64,000 bases of DNA. Source: Eledone cirrhosa (Eukaryota). This document shows, piece after piece, positions 1-11,000 of this stretch. The DNA is taken from positions 118,668,001 through 118,732,000 of the forward strand of contig OZ024740.1 of the NCBI GenBank assembly GCA_964016885.1. Direction: 5' to 3'. Every line of letters starts with the position of its first letter. Within the stretch, counting starts at the first letter, position 1. Position numbers and translations under genes: made by a program. The notes beneath the pieces were generated by a model. It saw nothing but the letters and a program-made list of their open reading frames with translations, was not told the origin of the DNA and searched no databases.

Positions 1-110
1 ACATGGTAGGACCAAGTAATACAATGTGTGCAGATCGAATACAAGAAGGCTTTTGATTCGGTTCCAAATGATTGTTTTATCATGATGGTGAATTTGATTA
101 AAGCAACAAT
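1..110 (+). mobile_element. Non-LTR retrotransposon RT fragment (R4/Dong-like), degenerate
   Basis: ORF 28..219 begins QIEYKKAFDSVPND, resembling the WIDYKKAFDSVPH RT motif of R4-clade elements. Confidence 0.45.
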
Positions 111-1863
111 GAATTGCAGAAAATTGGTACTATCACCAACAGCATCATTAGCGCAAGCTACGAACTTCATGTTTGTGTGTTTTAAAAAATTCACCTTTAT
201 CCGTAAAAATGCGTCTTGAATTTATTAATTAATATTTCTCTAAATGCATTAGTAAACTGCTGTCACCTGTCTTTATCTCAGTATTGATAAAAGATCTTGA
301 ATCTGTTTGCTGAATCGTGTGTACATTTCTACTGCATTTGCTTAATTGCATTTTATTTGTTTAGCTAGTTAGCTGTTTCCTCCATTCAGTAAATAATTTC
401 CTCCCTTCTTTTCAACATTACTTCGCTTTTAATTTTCCAAACTTTCTTTCTGTTACTCTATTCTATAAAATGTTCTTCTCTACTTCTCTTTTTCATTCCA
501 CTAAAGTATTGTTCAAGTGTAGAGAACCATAAAAAATATAAACACACTTATTCTCATAACTGGAAAATGAACTTGAATGTCTACTATTGTTGTATACCAT
601 ATAACGTTGTCATATTGTTCTGTTTTACTGTACATTAACTTTATTACTCATCTTGTCTGTTTTGTTACTGCATTTTAATTTTCAATTAAATATTATTGTG
701 GCTTCGTAGTATTTTTAAGCAACAATAAATTGCGTTCCTTGTAATGTTAAGTGGCATTGCTGTGCTATAAGCATAAGATCGTAGACTACATAAAAAAGAT
801 GGACATGTGACTGATAGGCCAACATAGACTAAAACCAAAAGCTGTACTTTTTCACACCCTCGTCAACCATTAGAAAATAGCCTCTATTCCTCTAAACTAG
901 CTACCTACATAACCACTTCATTATTGGCTCGTAATTTCTCGTCCTCCATCACCTCTTACATAGTCTCGGATCACGGTTTCTGCACTAAACCTATAGGAAA
1001 TTCCACATGTTTTGCTGCTAGGATATACCATACTCTGAAGAATCAAGACAGGAGACACAACGGTTTTTTTGGTTATTGACAATAGTTATCATACACTTTC
1101 GAAGATAGTTTTTTGGATCGGAGCAATGCCATATCGGTTGAATAAAAGTATCACTGCTGTCAATGTTATTTTAACAAGGTGTTTCCTTTCTCTAGGGAGT
1201 CTACACTTAGTTTTGTTTACTTATCATGATGGTTTGTGTTTTGAGCCTATATCTGTAAGTGTCTACAAATAATCGCCAATATATTTGTGAGGCTGTTATT
1301 TCTGAGTGAGTGAAAGATCACAAGTAACCACATCCCAGATTGCATTGTAGAGATCCATCTTATCAACTAGGTGAGCTGGTGTAAGTAAGTTGAACTTAAC
1401 ATTTGGTTGTTGGAATTTCACGTTACAGTGAACGATGTCGTAGTTTGAGAAGTAAGTTTTCTTTCCCCTGCAATACTGTAGATAGGGTTAGTGTGGGTAT
1501 TTAGCACTAGGTCAAAAATAATTTTGTGACATCTTGGTGTTAGAACGAATCGGGTAAGGAAAACCTCGTCTATGAAGTAAAAAAAGTGACTACTGCTGCT
1601 TTGTCAGGGGTTGAGATGCACATATCTGGTTTCAAAGTAGTTGCATATCAATCGATAGAGGGGAGGATGAAGTCACCATTCAGTAATGTTACATAAATGA
1701 CACTGCTGGATAAAACAATATTCTTGAGGCATTGTAAAGCACAGTAAAGATTTCTCTGGTGGTCTATAGAGCCCGATTTACTTAAATAATTGTTGTGTAA
1801 AGAGATTATATATATAATAAGGATGAGGACTAAGGTAACAATATAACAGAATTATTCACGTGC

Positions 1864-1938
1864 GACGCACGTTTCGCCATCGATCGGGTTCGTCTCTGGA
1901 ATCAGACTAGTGGATTCCTGAACACGCTGCTTCTTAAG
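1864..1938 (-). ncRNA. Decayed hammerhead-like motif (probable PLE pseudo-LTR relic)
   Basis: Minus strand reads CUUAAGA...long stem (GGAAUC/GAUUCC)...GAAA-CGUGCG-UC. The core has G5U and stem I does not pair. Confidence 0.3.
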
Positions 1939-2046
1939 GATAGCGACTAAGGTGTAATACCAAACATAGGATGCCACACCGACAACCATATCGGAAATGA
2001 GTGCTCAAACTGTTGAACCAGTAATAACTAAACGTATCCCTCAATA

Positions 2047-2049
<3 letters not shown>

Positions 2050-2096
<47 letters not shown>
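2050..2096. repeat. (TA)n microsatellite
   Basis: Direct reading. Confidence 0.95.
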
Positions 2097-2100
<4 letters not shown>

Positions 2101-2204
2101 GATTTTTTTACAAAATGAAAAATAACCTATAAGGAAAAAAGATGAAATCAAAAATGCAACTGGAGTCTTATTTAAAAAAATATATATATATATTTATTTG
2201 GTTC

Positions 2205-2240
2205 CTTTACCGGTTTCGCAGTTCTTCTGCTTTTCAAAAG
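2205..2240 (-). ncRNA. Minimal type-I hammerhead ribozyme, U3-A8 core variant
   Basis: Minus strand: CUU-UUGAAAA-GCAG-AAGAA-CUGC-GAAA-CCGG-UA-AAG. Stem I is CUU/AAG, stem II is GCAG/CUGC, stem III is palindromic, cleavage triplet is GUA. Confidence 0.65.
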
Positions 2241-2253
2241 TAGAGTAGTTAAG

Positions 2254-4000
2254 ATGGAGGGTCTGTGGGGGATCATCTGCTCGAGGCCTGCCTCAGCCGA
2301 GCCCCTCTGCCTACCCGCTGACTCACCTGTCATATGGAGTCCCGAGCATGCTCCTAGCGGATGATACGGTCATACCCTCAGCTACTGGGGTCCAACAGGG
2401 CGACCCTTTGGGACCCCTCCTATTCGCCCTTGGTATTGCCCACATCGCCCGGAGTATCACGGCCCCTCTCAACGTTTGGTATCTGGATGATGCTACGTTA
2501 GGCGGGCCCGTACGGACGGTCTGCCATGACCCTCAATCGGTGGTTCCTGCCCTGGCGGAAATCGGCCTCCAGTTCGACTCGGCCAAGTCGTAGGTGGTGA
2601 ACGTCAGCCTCGATGCTGCGAGCGTTGCAGCCTGCGTCTTGGACGTGCGGTCCATTCTCCGCCAGGTTTAGGTGACTCCCAAAGAGGATGTACTCATCCT
2701 CGGGTCACCGATCAACCAGCCGGCCATCCGCTCCACCATCAGATCCAGGCTTCAACAGCTCCAGACTCTCACGAGCCGATTGGGCTTGATTGACGGCCAC
2801 TCAGCTCTCTTTGTGCTGAAGAACTGCACGGCCATGCCGAAGCTCCTCTATACACTTCGCAGCGCTCCATGCTACACCCAGATATCTACTCGCTGACCTC
2901 GATACTTGTATCCAAGCAGCAGCCGAGGGGATTTGCAACGTCAAGTTTGACGACATAAGGTGGCAATAGGCCACTTTACCTGTCAGGTATGGCGGCATTG
3001 GCTCCCGGACCCGATCTCACTAGCTTTTCCGGTGTATCTTTCGTCGGTAACCTCGTGCCGAGTCCTCGTCAGCAGGGTTCTTCAAAACACAACAGAACCC
3101 TCTGTGTTTAGAGAACGTGAGGCCGCCTGTGAGAGGTGGGACCGGCTGGGACTTAGCACAGTAGACGCCCCGCCACCTTCTCCCCCTGTTGACGTCAAGT
3201 CCCCCCAACGCACTTGGGATGCCATCCAGTGCAGCCTGGCCTCAGACAGGCTCACGCTCCAGCTCGACCAGCACCTCCTTGCTTGTTTTCGTTCGGCCTC
3301 CAAACCCCACAGTTGTGCCTGGCTCCATGCCCTGCCCTCCTTCTCCACTGGCACGCAGCTCGACAACCATAGCCTGCGAATCGGTGTTTCCATGAGGCTC
3401 GGCCTCCGGATCTGCCAGCCACACCAATGTCGCTGCGGTTCCACCGTGGACTCTTTCGGCCTCCACCCGCTTTCTTGTCGCCACAGTGCCGGCCGCATTC
3501 CACGCCATGCTGCCTCCAAAGAGGTCATTAAGCATGGCTTGGACGCTGCATGCTTCCATTCCCAACATGAGCCGGTGGGGCTGGATCGAGGGGACGGCAA
3601 AAGGCCAGATGGCATGACCATCTTCCAGTTCGTCGATGGCAAACCCCTCGTCTGGGATGCCACTTGCACCGACACTTCCTGCAGCCGCAACCTGGTGCAG
3701 TCTGCGACTGACCCAGGTTATGCTGCATGTCGGGCTGAGGGGGTCAAACTCCTCAAATACCGGCGCTCTCCGACAGGTTTGCGGTCGTACCCTGGCAGTG
3801 GAGACTTCTGGTGTCCTCGGCTCCAGGGCTACCTCCTTACTCACCACCATAGGCGCTGAGCTGGCCAGCCGTAGGTGTGAGCCCCGCGAGTTGGAGTGGC
3901 TTTTGCAGCGCGTCTCCCTTACCGTCCTCCGGGGAAACGCCTTCTACATTCTGTCCGCCGGGGATATGGGTGGGCCCCATCGCGTACCATTACATTAGTT
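2254..4000 (+). mobile_element. CRE-clade non-LTR retrotransposon (RT + restriction-like endonuclease), 5'-truncated and frameshifted
   Basis: GC-rich island. ORF pieces carry GVQQGDPLGPLLFAL and WYLDD (RT), CRCG..HPLSC..RH (zinc knuckle), EPVGLDRGDGKRPDG..WDATC (REL endonuclease) and QRVSLTVLRGNA at the C-terminus. Confidence 0.85.
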
Positions 4001-4068
4001 AAATACCATTCTTTCATCTGATATAAAATGAGTTAGACTCCAGTTGCATTATCGATTTCAACTTTTTT

Positions 4069-4071
<3 letters not shown>

Positions 4072-4130
<59 letters not shown>
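4072..4130. repeat. (TA)n microsatellite
   Basis: Direct reading. Separates the CRE-associated end from the 3' end of the PLE. Confidence 0.95.
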
Positions 4131-4133
<3 letters not shown>

Positions 4134-4251
4134 TAAACGGAATAGAAAATGCTGACAAATTGTTCACAGTTGAAAAATGGTTTAATTAGGAATAAAAGAG
4201 TATTAGTAATTGTATGGGTTAGTATTCAGTTGTGGTTTTAAGTTTTTAAGT

Positions 4252-4288
4252 TTTTACCGGTTGCGCATTTCTAAATGCTTTTCAAAAA
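4252..4288 (-). ncRNA. Hammerhead motif, U3-A8 variant, GAAA mutated to GCAA (likely inactive)
   Basis: Minus strand: UUU-UUGAAAA-GCAUU-UAGA-AAUGC-GCAA-CCGG-UA-AAA. Confidence 0.55.
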
Positions 4289-4497
4289 TAATTTTGAGAT
4301 AGAGTGTCCGTGCTGTTTGCTCTGATCTGATTAGTTTTGAGAATTGTACCTGTTTTTATGTTAAAAAAGTGGCTCCAGCGTTATTTTTGTGTTGCAAAAA
4401 TGCTTGTGGTCAAAACAATTTTGATTGGTCGGTAGAGGTCATGTGGATAAAAAATTGGTTTTGCGCCAAGATTGAGAAATGACTCTTTCACAACAAA

Positions 4498-4534
4498 TAT
4501 GTGTGTGTGTGTGTGTATGTGTGTGTGTGTGTGG

Positions 4535-4590
<56 letters not shown>

Positions 4591-4661
4591 AGTAGTAGTA
4601 GTAAGGTGTTCGATGCTGCGACAATGGCCAGCAGCGATGTGTGTCAAATGGCTATTAAGAT

Positions 4662-4706
<45 letters not shown>

Positions 4707-4830
4707 GCAGAGTCATTCGAAGGTCAAAAGATATTTTTCAGCTTTTGTCTTATACGGAGAAGTGCGTGTGTGTGTGTGTGTGTGTATAAGTATCTTTGTA
4801 TGTTGATGTACGCGTGGGTATGTGTTTGTG

Positions 4831-4889
<59 letters not shown>

Positions 4890-5006
4890 ACCATTATTTT
4901 TTCCCCTTGGTAAAATGGTGTACATTATTCGATTTTTTCAGTAAAATCGGTTCTCTTAATAGAACATCAAAAATCTTAACAATAAAAGGTGTGAAATGAT
5001 ATTCAC

Positions 5007-5038
<32 letters not shown>

Positions 5039-5120
5039 TACATATATTCACTACATACATATATATATATATATATATATACATATATACACATACATAT
5101 ATACATACGCATATATGCAC
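4498..5120. repeat. Compound (TG)n/(TA)n/(CA)n microsatellite region
   Basis: Direct reading. Explains the HT/CV/YI low-complexity ORFs. Confidence 0.9.
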
Positions 5121-5243
5121 ATATATTTTTTTGTATTGCACCATAGAGCATGTGTGTTTACGTGTGTCATTGTGTTTATATATGGGTAGAGATGTGTGCT
5201 GATGTAGGTATGTATGTTGACGTGTGTATGTTGTGGGTTCGTC

Positions 5244-7223
5244 TTAGGGAGAAGTGTTTAGACGGGGTCCGTATTTGTTAATGAAGTAAGATTCCTTGCT
5301 GATGTGCTGGGTGTGGGTGGCATTATCTTTAAATTTGTAGAGGGGAAAGATTCTGAAGTTGGGATGATTTTGGGCGGCACAGGTATCAATGTGTTCACTC
5401 AGTGGTATTTTCCTGTATTCCCGTATTTTAATTTGGGATCTATGGACAGTCATGCGTTGGAGGAGGCTGTTTTTGGTCTGGCCTATGTATTGTTCTCGAC
5501 AACCTGAACAAGTTAATACATATATTAGATTTTCCGATGCACATGTGAAATTGTGTTTTACTATAAAACGTTGTCCATCTTTGAAATAGAATTCCGAACC
5601 CTCTATTAGGTTAATGCAAATGCCACAGTTGGGTCTATCGCATTTTTTTACTGTGGGTTTCGTTGTTGTGGTTGGCAGTACTTTGGCATGTGTTAAGATG
5701 TTTTTCATTGACTTGGATTGTCTTTTGCTCTTTATGATATCGTGTGTTCGTAGAATTTGGTTCATTCTATGGTCCTTTTTCAATACAGGGATGTTCTGGA
5801 GGATGGTGTCAAAGGCCTCATTGTTGAGGGGGTTGTGTGTGGAGATGTATGGAAGAGCTTTTAGTTTTGGTTGATTTACTTTAGGGTGTCTAAGGTCCTG
5901 GGTACTGAGTTTTAGGGCACGTTGGATTCCATTGTCAATTAGTGATGCAGGGTAGTCCCTGCCTATGAGTGTGTCCTTTAGTTCTTGTAGCCGTAAGTAG
6001 CAGATGTTTTTATTGGAGACTATAGTACAGATTCTCTTGGCTAAGTTGTAGGGAATATTAATTTTAACGTGTCTAGGGTGGCAAGAGTTGAAGGGGAGGT
6101 ATTGCTTGGAGTTTGTGGGCTTGTAGTATATGTCTGTTTCTATTTTTTTGTTATGGATCTTAATGAAGATGTCGAGGAAGGGGAGTTGTTGATGGCTGTA
6201 TTCCATCGTGAAGTTAATATTTGTGTTGAGCCCATTTATAAGGGTGTGAAATTCTTTAAGTTTTTCGATGTTTTCGTGCCAAAGGATGAAGCAGTCATCT
6301 AGATATCGCTTCCAGTTCCTTTCAATGTGTAAGTGGAGGGTGTTTCCAAATTTGTTTAGGACTTTAGTGTAGAGGGTGATTTCCAGGTATCCCATGACTA
6401 GGTTGGCATAAGTAGGGGCTGTTTTCGTTCCCATAGCGGTCCCAGATGTCTGCCTGTAGGGTTTGTTATTGAAAACGAAGTAATTGTTCTCCAAGATAAA
6501 TTTGAGTCCCTCTATCACGAATTCTTTTTTGATGCGTTGTGGGAGTTCATTGTGGAAATTATCCAGCCAGAATTGGATAGCTTCTATTCCTAGGTTGTGG
6601 GGGATGTTGGAGTATAGGTTGACTACATCGAACGTCACTAGTAGGGTTTGTTCAGAAAGTGGCATATTAGGGAGGTGATTGAGCATATCTAGGTCGTCCC
6701 TTATATAGCTTTTGATGTGCTTGAGGAAGGGTTTGAGAAGGGTATCAATGAAGTTGCTAAGACGGTGCGTTTCGCAAGCGGGGCCTGCTATTATAGGTCT
6801 TAATTTGAGATCATTGGGTGAGGGGACATTGATGACTATGTCTGTGGCTTCCTTGCATGCCTTACTGATTGATTCGCTTTTATGTACTTTAGGGATACCG
6901 TAGAAAAGGCTGGATTTACTTGTGAAGTCTGTGATGAAGCTGAATTCCTTGTTAGTGAGTCCTTCTTTGAATTGGTTGATTAGAGTTTTTAGGTTTCTCA
7001 TAATTTTCTGTTGATTGTAGTGTTCAGCCTTTTCGTAGTATGTTTCGTTTTCCAAAGTGGAGAGCGCTAAGTTGATATAGAATTCTGTCTCCATTAGGAC
7101 TACTGTACTCCCTTTATCAGCCTCTTTAATTGTAATGGTTCTGTCGGTTTTTAATCTATTTAATTCTTCCCATTCTTTCTTGTTGAGGTTAGGAAAATGT
7201 ATGACTCCGACGGCTGAACTCAA
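5244..7223 (-). CDS. PLE reverse transcriptase + GIY-YIG endonuclease (659-aa open frame; first ~11 codons come from the adjacent hairpin)
   Basis: IKEADKG, LRPII, FDVVNLYSNIP, QTSGTAMG..APTYANL, RYLDD, LPFLD, TDIYYKPT, YLPFNSCHP, linker CDRPNCGIC, and NLIYVLTC..C..QYIGQT..R..H..ESYFI. No internal stops. Confidence 0.92.
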   Translation of the reverse strand: MSSAVGVIHFPNLNKKEWEELNRLKTDRTITIKEADKGSTVVLMETEFYINLALSTLENETYYEKAEHYNQQKIMRNLKTLINQFKEGLTNKEFSFITDFTSKSSLFYGIPKVHKSESISKACKEATDIVINVPSPNDLKLRPIIAGPACETHRLSNFIDTLLKPFLKHIKSYIRDDLDMLNHLPNMPLSEQTLLVTFDVVNLYSNIPHNLGIEAIQFWLDNFHNELPQRIKKEFVIEGLKFILENNYFVFNNKPYRQTSGTAMGTKTAPTYANLVMGYLEITLYTKVLNKFGNTLHLHIERNWKRYLDDCFILWHENIEKLKEFHTLINGLNTNINFTMEYSHQQLPFLDIFIKIHNKKIETDIYYKPTNSKQYLPFNSCHPRHVKINIPYNLAKRICTIVSNKNICYLRLQELKDTLIGRDYPASLIDNGIQRALKLSTQDLRHPKVNQPKLKALPYISTHNPLNNEAFDTILQNIPVLKKDHRMNQILRTHDIIKSKRQSKSMKNILTHAKVLPTTTTKPTVKKCDRPNCGICINLIEGSEFYFKDGQRFIVKHNFTCASENLIYVLTCSGCREQYIGQTKNSLLQRMTVHRSQIKIREYRKIPLSEHIDTCAAQNHPNFRIFPLYKFKDNATHTQHISKESYFINKYGPRLNTSP

Positions 7224-7316
7224 GCTGTTTTGACGGCTCTTTCTGGACTACAGAAATAGCAGTCTAGAAATAGCCGTCGAAACGGCTTGAGCTGTGCCGT
7301 CGGGGTCATACATTTT

Positions 7317-7320
<4 letters not shown>
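7190..7320. repeat. Imperfect inverted repeat (60-bp arms, 11-nt loop) at the PLE 5' junction
   Basis: 7190-7249 matches the reverse complement of 7261-7320 at 52/60 positions. Bounded by TA and followed by (TA)n. Confidence 0.9.
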
Positions 7321-7356
<36 letters not shown>

Positions 7357-8116
7357 ATAGAAAAATAGATAGTGAAATACGTGTCAATTACATAATAAAT
7401 GTTAATCCTCAAACTGCGATGTTGTCATATTCATGTTACGTACTATATGTGTGTGTGCGTGTATGTGTGTGTGTACATGTATATGTGTACATCTAACACT
7501 ATATATGCACCTAAATCCAGAAAAGCACTGGTTTTACTTGCATAATTTTATCGCCCAATTTTAATTTGTTTCCCACTCCTGCAAAAATTTGAAATATTCT
7601 GATTTGATCTAAGTTAATTTAGTTTAGTATAATATTACATAGTAATAAATAAATATAATGTCTAAATCTTCTAATCAATGTAATCGGATACTCATGTGAA
7701 AAGCTTTAACACACTTGAGAAAAATATTAATAATTACTTCTGTAATTCTCGAAAATATGAATAGTAAAATGTAATATAATCAATAATAATGAAACAAATT
7801 TTTCAAACGATATTTTGTTGATTACACATATAGCCGAACAATCAGTACAAAGATATTTTACTGAAGAGGATAATGTTTCAGGGAAATAGTTTTTAAATGA
7901 AACATACAAATATATTTAACAACGGAAAGTTTCGAAGAAATGTATTATACTATACAAAATTTCATCTGAACATTTTTTAATTTTTTAAAGAAAATTTATC
8001 ACAAATAGAACATTCTGTTAAGTGACAGAGCGGAGGTATATTTTATGCGAGGGGTGAGCAAATAAAATGAAGTATGCGCACATATAAAAGATAAACATCG
8101 CGATTGTTTCTCGATT

Positions 8117-8300
8117 GGCAGTATCGGTAGAGTCGGACACCATGCTTTGCAGAATAGAGTTACGGCGCTTTAAGATCTGAGTTCAAATCCCATCGAGGTT
8201 AAATTTGCCTTTCATCCTTACTGGGTCGATTTAAATAAAGTACCAGTAATACACTGGGGTAATTGCTGGCCTTATGCCAAAAGTAGAAACAATTATTATT
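8117..8300 (+). mobile_element. SINE family A (tRNA-like head, Meta-like central domain, (ATT)n tail)
   Basis: B-box GAGTTCAAATCC, central TTTGCCTTTCATCCTT..GGGTCGAT..AAAGTACCAG, tail AGAAACAATTATTATT. Many copies in the window. Confidence 0.8.
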
Positions 8301-8368
8301 TCTTGATGAAGTTAGTAAAGCGACCATTCACAATCTGTGAATAAACTCATCAGTATTTCAATTCGAGT

Positions 8369-8445
8369 GAAGGCGTGTGACTTCATTGGATTGTAGGTAG
8401 ATAGTTGGATTCACAATCGTGAATTGTGAGTTCGATTCCCTTCAG
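8369..8445 (+). mobile_element. SINE family B head fragment
   Basis: GAAGGCGTGTGACTT...TGTGAGTTCGATTCC, similar to the heads at 17327 and 61382. Confidence 0.45.
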
Positions 8446-9049
8446 CCAGGATTTGCAGCTGGCAGATACCATTTGCAATTGGAAAGCCAATGGAAATATT
8501 ATCTCCTCGATCCAATCTGACGAGTTCCACCTGACACGGTAAGTAAATAAGGTCGGGGTCTTGTCGATTCGGATAATCATTTTAATTCCTATAGGAAGAA
8601 ATAAATGTAAGTGCTAAGATATTATGTGTGTTTATACAAAATTCGTTTATAGGCATTTCTATTATATGTGTATTCAAAATTATTTATGAAAAACAAAGAA
8701 ACAAACTCACTATTAAAGGGAATAATAAAAGAAAAACGAATGAAGCAACGAAGGAATGTGAGAGGGGTATGGACAGACAATATACTCCAGTCTGAGTGGT
8801 GTTTCAGCTGCGCCCCGAGGACAAAATTGTAAAGGCATTGCCGGGATGAATGGCCAGAGACAGACACACCACTTCATACAGGCCGCCGTCTTTCCGATTT
8901 TATGAAGGAAATTAGCTATGGAGGAACAAGGCCAAGAGAGATCTCGAGGGATATTTAACTCCTCTGCTTTGCGGACGGCAGAGCTCCGGTTTGTGGCTGA
9001 AGCGACCAGGTTGGACGCAAATTACTAAACACTTAATAGGAAATTAATG

Positions 9050-9460
9050 TATTAAAACAATGTCTGACATGGTATATTGTTAAGCAGCTCACTAATGTGT
9101 GATATTCATCTCTCAGCAATTGTACTATAGAGCGTTCACTCAGATCACTCTATCACGGTGTGTGCAGAAACAACTTCTATTGCTTTATCACTTCTACCGT
9201 CTTCTACGAGTCGGTTTCCCCATTACACATTTCCTTCTATGCATCAGTGATCTACATGAATTGATCTAACAGCATCTATTTTAATGCAGATAGTAAACCC
9301 ACCGACTCTTCCACAACCTCTCTCATTCAAACGTTATCTCTTTTTAAACTTGACATCTCACACATAAAATGCATTGTTTTGCCGCTATGAAAAGCAACCC
9401 CGAAAATATTTTCAAATGGGGTCATGTCAGTCTTGTCACCTTCGACAGCACACAAATATA
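9050..9460 (+). mobile_element. CR1/L2-like LINE RT remnant
   Basis: Degenerate translation FLLCISDL..NSIYFNADS and ENIFKWGHVSLVTFD resembles LFLLFINDL..YADD..DL..I..WG..NLVKFN. Confidence 0.45.
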
Positions 9461-10289
9461 AACACGACACATCAACTAAACAATATTACATTCGCATCCA
9501 ATAAACATTAAAATTAACATTATGCAAATAGAAGCCTAAAAAAATCATTTTCTTGTGGACATAGAATCACTCACCGAGTGTCTGATACCGCTTCTCACGC
9601 GATACAATCGTAGTAACATCGATATATACTTTTTATTAAAGCGGATCATCACAAGTTTTTCAGACTGTTTTTTTTTTTAACCAATTAAATATGTACAGAT
9701 ATATATAAGTGTGCGTGTGTGTGTCAGTAGCAACTTTGTTCGGAATATATATATATATATATATAAAACTGCCATTTCTTTACAGAATATGGCCATCCTT
9801 TCAAATAATTCCCTTCTATTATGAATCATAACCAACTGCAGGCTGCTGGGCAGTTTGATGACCGAACACGCTTTGTTTAGGTCACCTTTCTAGACCTTTT
9901 CCATGTGGTATCTATGGGTGAGCAGTGCATCCCCATAATGGGCTGCTCAGATGCTCAAGACGTCACCGAAGCATGTTGCTGTTCAGTTTAACAATGCAGT
10001 GACGTTAGGATAAGACGCGAGGCGCCCACGTGTAGATTTGGGACTATGTGCTTCTCACTGATTGAGTCTGCACGCGTTGCTACTCCTCAACCACCGTGAG
10101 ACTTGGGAAGAAATATCTACACATAAAATGTCAATGCTACAAGCTTGTGCTACGCCCGTAACATCGGCTCCATCTCTGCAGTTATGTGTCCAGTGGCAAG
10201 CCAGGACAAGATAACAAGACAGTTACGAGGATGACATGTGTTTTTGTCATGGACTTTAATCTCTCCAGAGGGTTAGCCGAACACACCAC

Positions 10290-11000
10290 GCTTGGCCAAT
10301 CGCAGGTTGGTGAGGCTAATTGAACCATAGTTGGTGTGAATGAAACTTGACTTTGGAGTTCATGTGCCGTTTGTCAGATCTTGTTTTTGTGCTGCTTCAG
10401 ATAGGCACAAAGAAAGAAATCTAAGTTGGGGAGGAGGTTAAATGAGGGCTGTGTAGGGGGGCGTTCAAAAGCAGTCTTCAAATTGATCATACGATTTCCA
10501 AAGTTATTTTTCAACTATACTCACTGTGGGTGTGATTGCTTTTTCCATCTAGCTAGAAGAAGAACCCATTTATTGAGATAGATACATGGTCTGTAGCTCC
10601 TTTTTGATGTCTTCCAATACCTCCAAATAGCATTCATTTGTGACTACAACAGTGACACTATTTGCTTTGGGCCATGTCTATAACTTTCCATGAACGCTTC
10701 CTAGATCATTCAGAATGGGTAGGATAGTTTTCAGAGATTGTTTTGAGGTTCTCCACTGTCCAATAAGTTAAACTCCATCACATAGTCTTGTATATTAGCT
10801 TTGAAGGGAGGTTTGTCCATTCCAAAAATGCGTGTAATTGCTACTGAACCTGCTTGTGATAGTGTTTAACACAAACATCTGGTTCCGGAGTCTCTATTGG
10901 GGGTCTTGTTTTTATCTCAGATGCTGTATCTGTTGTGTTCTGAAATTTAAGGTTGATCGGTGGGAAAAATGAATGTACAGTGACACAAAACGTGTGCGGA
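10290..11000 (-). mobile_element. Tc1/mariner-superfamily transposase relic
   Basis: Minus strand near 10400-10460 resembles PPHSPDLNPLDFFLWGYLK. An HTH-like N-terminal remnant lies near 10760-10900. Confidence 0.45.

Larger units (their letters stand above)
4131..7190 (-). mobile_element. Penelope-like element (Neptune-type), young, 5'-truncated, with microsatellite-rich 3' UTR and terminal HHR motif
   Basis: Uninterrupted RT-GIY-YIG ORF followed by about 1.1 kb of (CA)/(TA)-rich UTR, an HHR-like motif at 4252-4288, then (TA)n. Confidence 0.85.

Noticed and set aside
780-1800. Possible decayed PLE 5' ORF on the minus strand downstream of the 1864 motif
   Set aside because: No diagnostic motif could be read with confidence.
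3020-3850. Long minus-strand ORFs (202 aa) over the CRE element
   Set aside because: Antisense shadows of a GC-rich coding sequence with no motifs.
4381-5202. Many ORFs of HT/CV/YI dipeptide repeats (also near 18072-18626, 25600-25954, 50092 and 61519)
   Set aside because: Translations of microsatellites, not genes.
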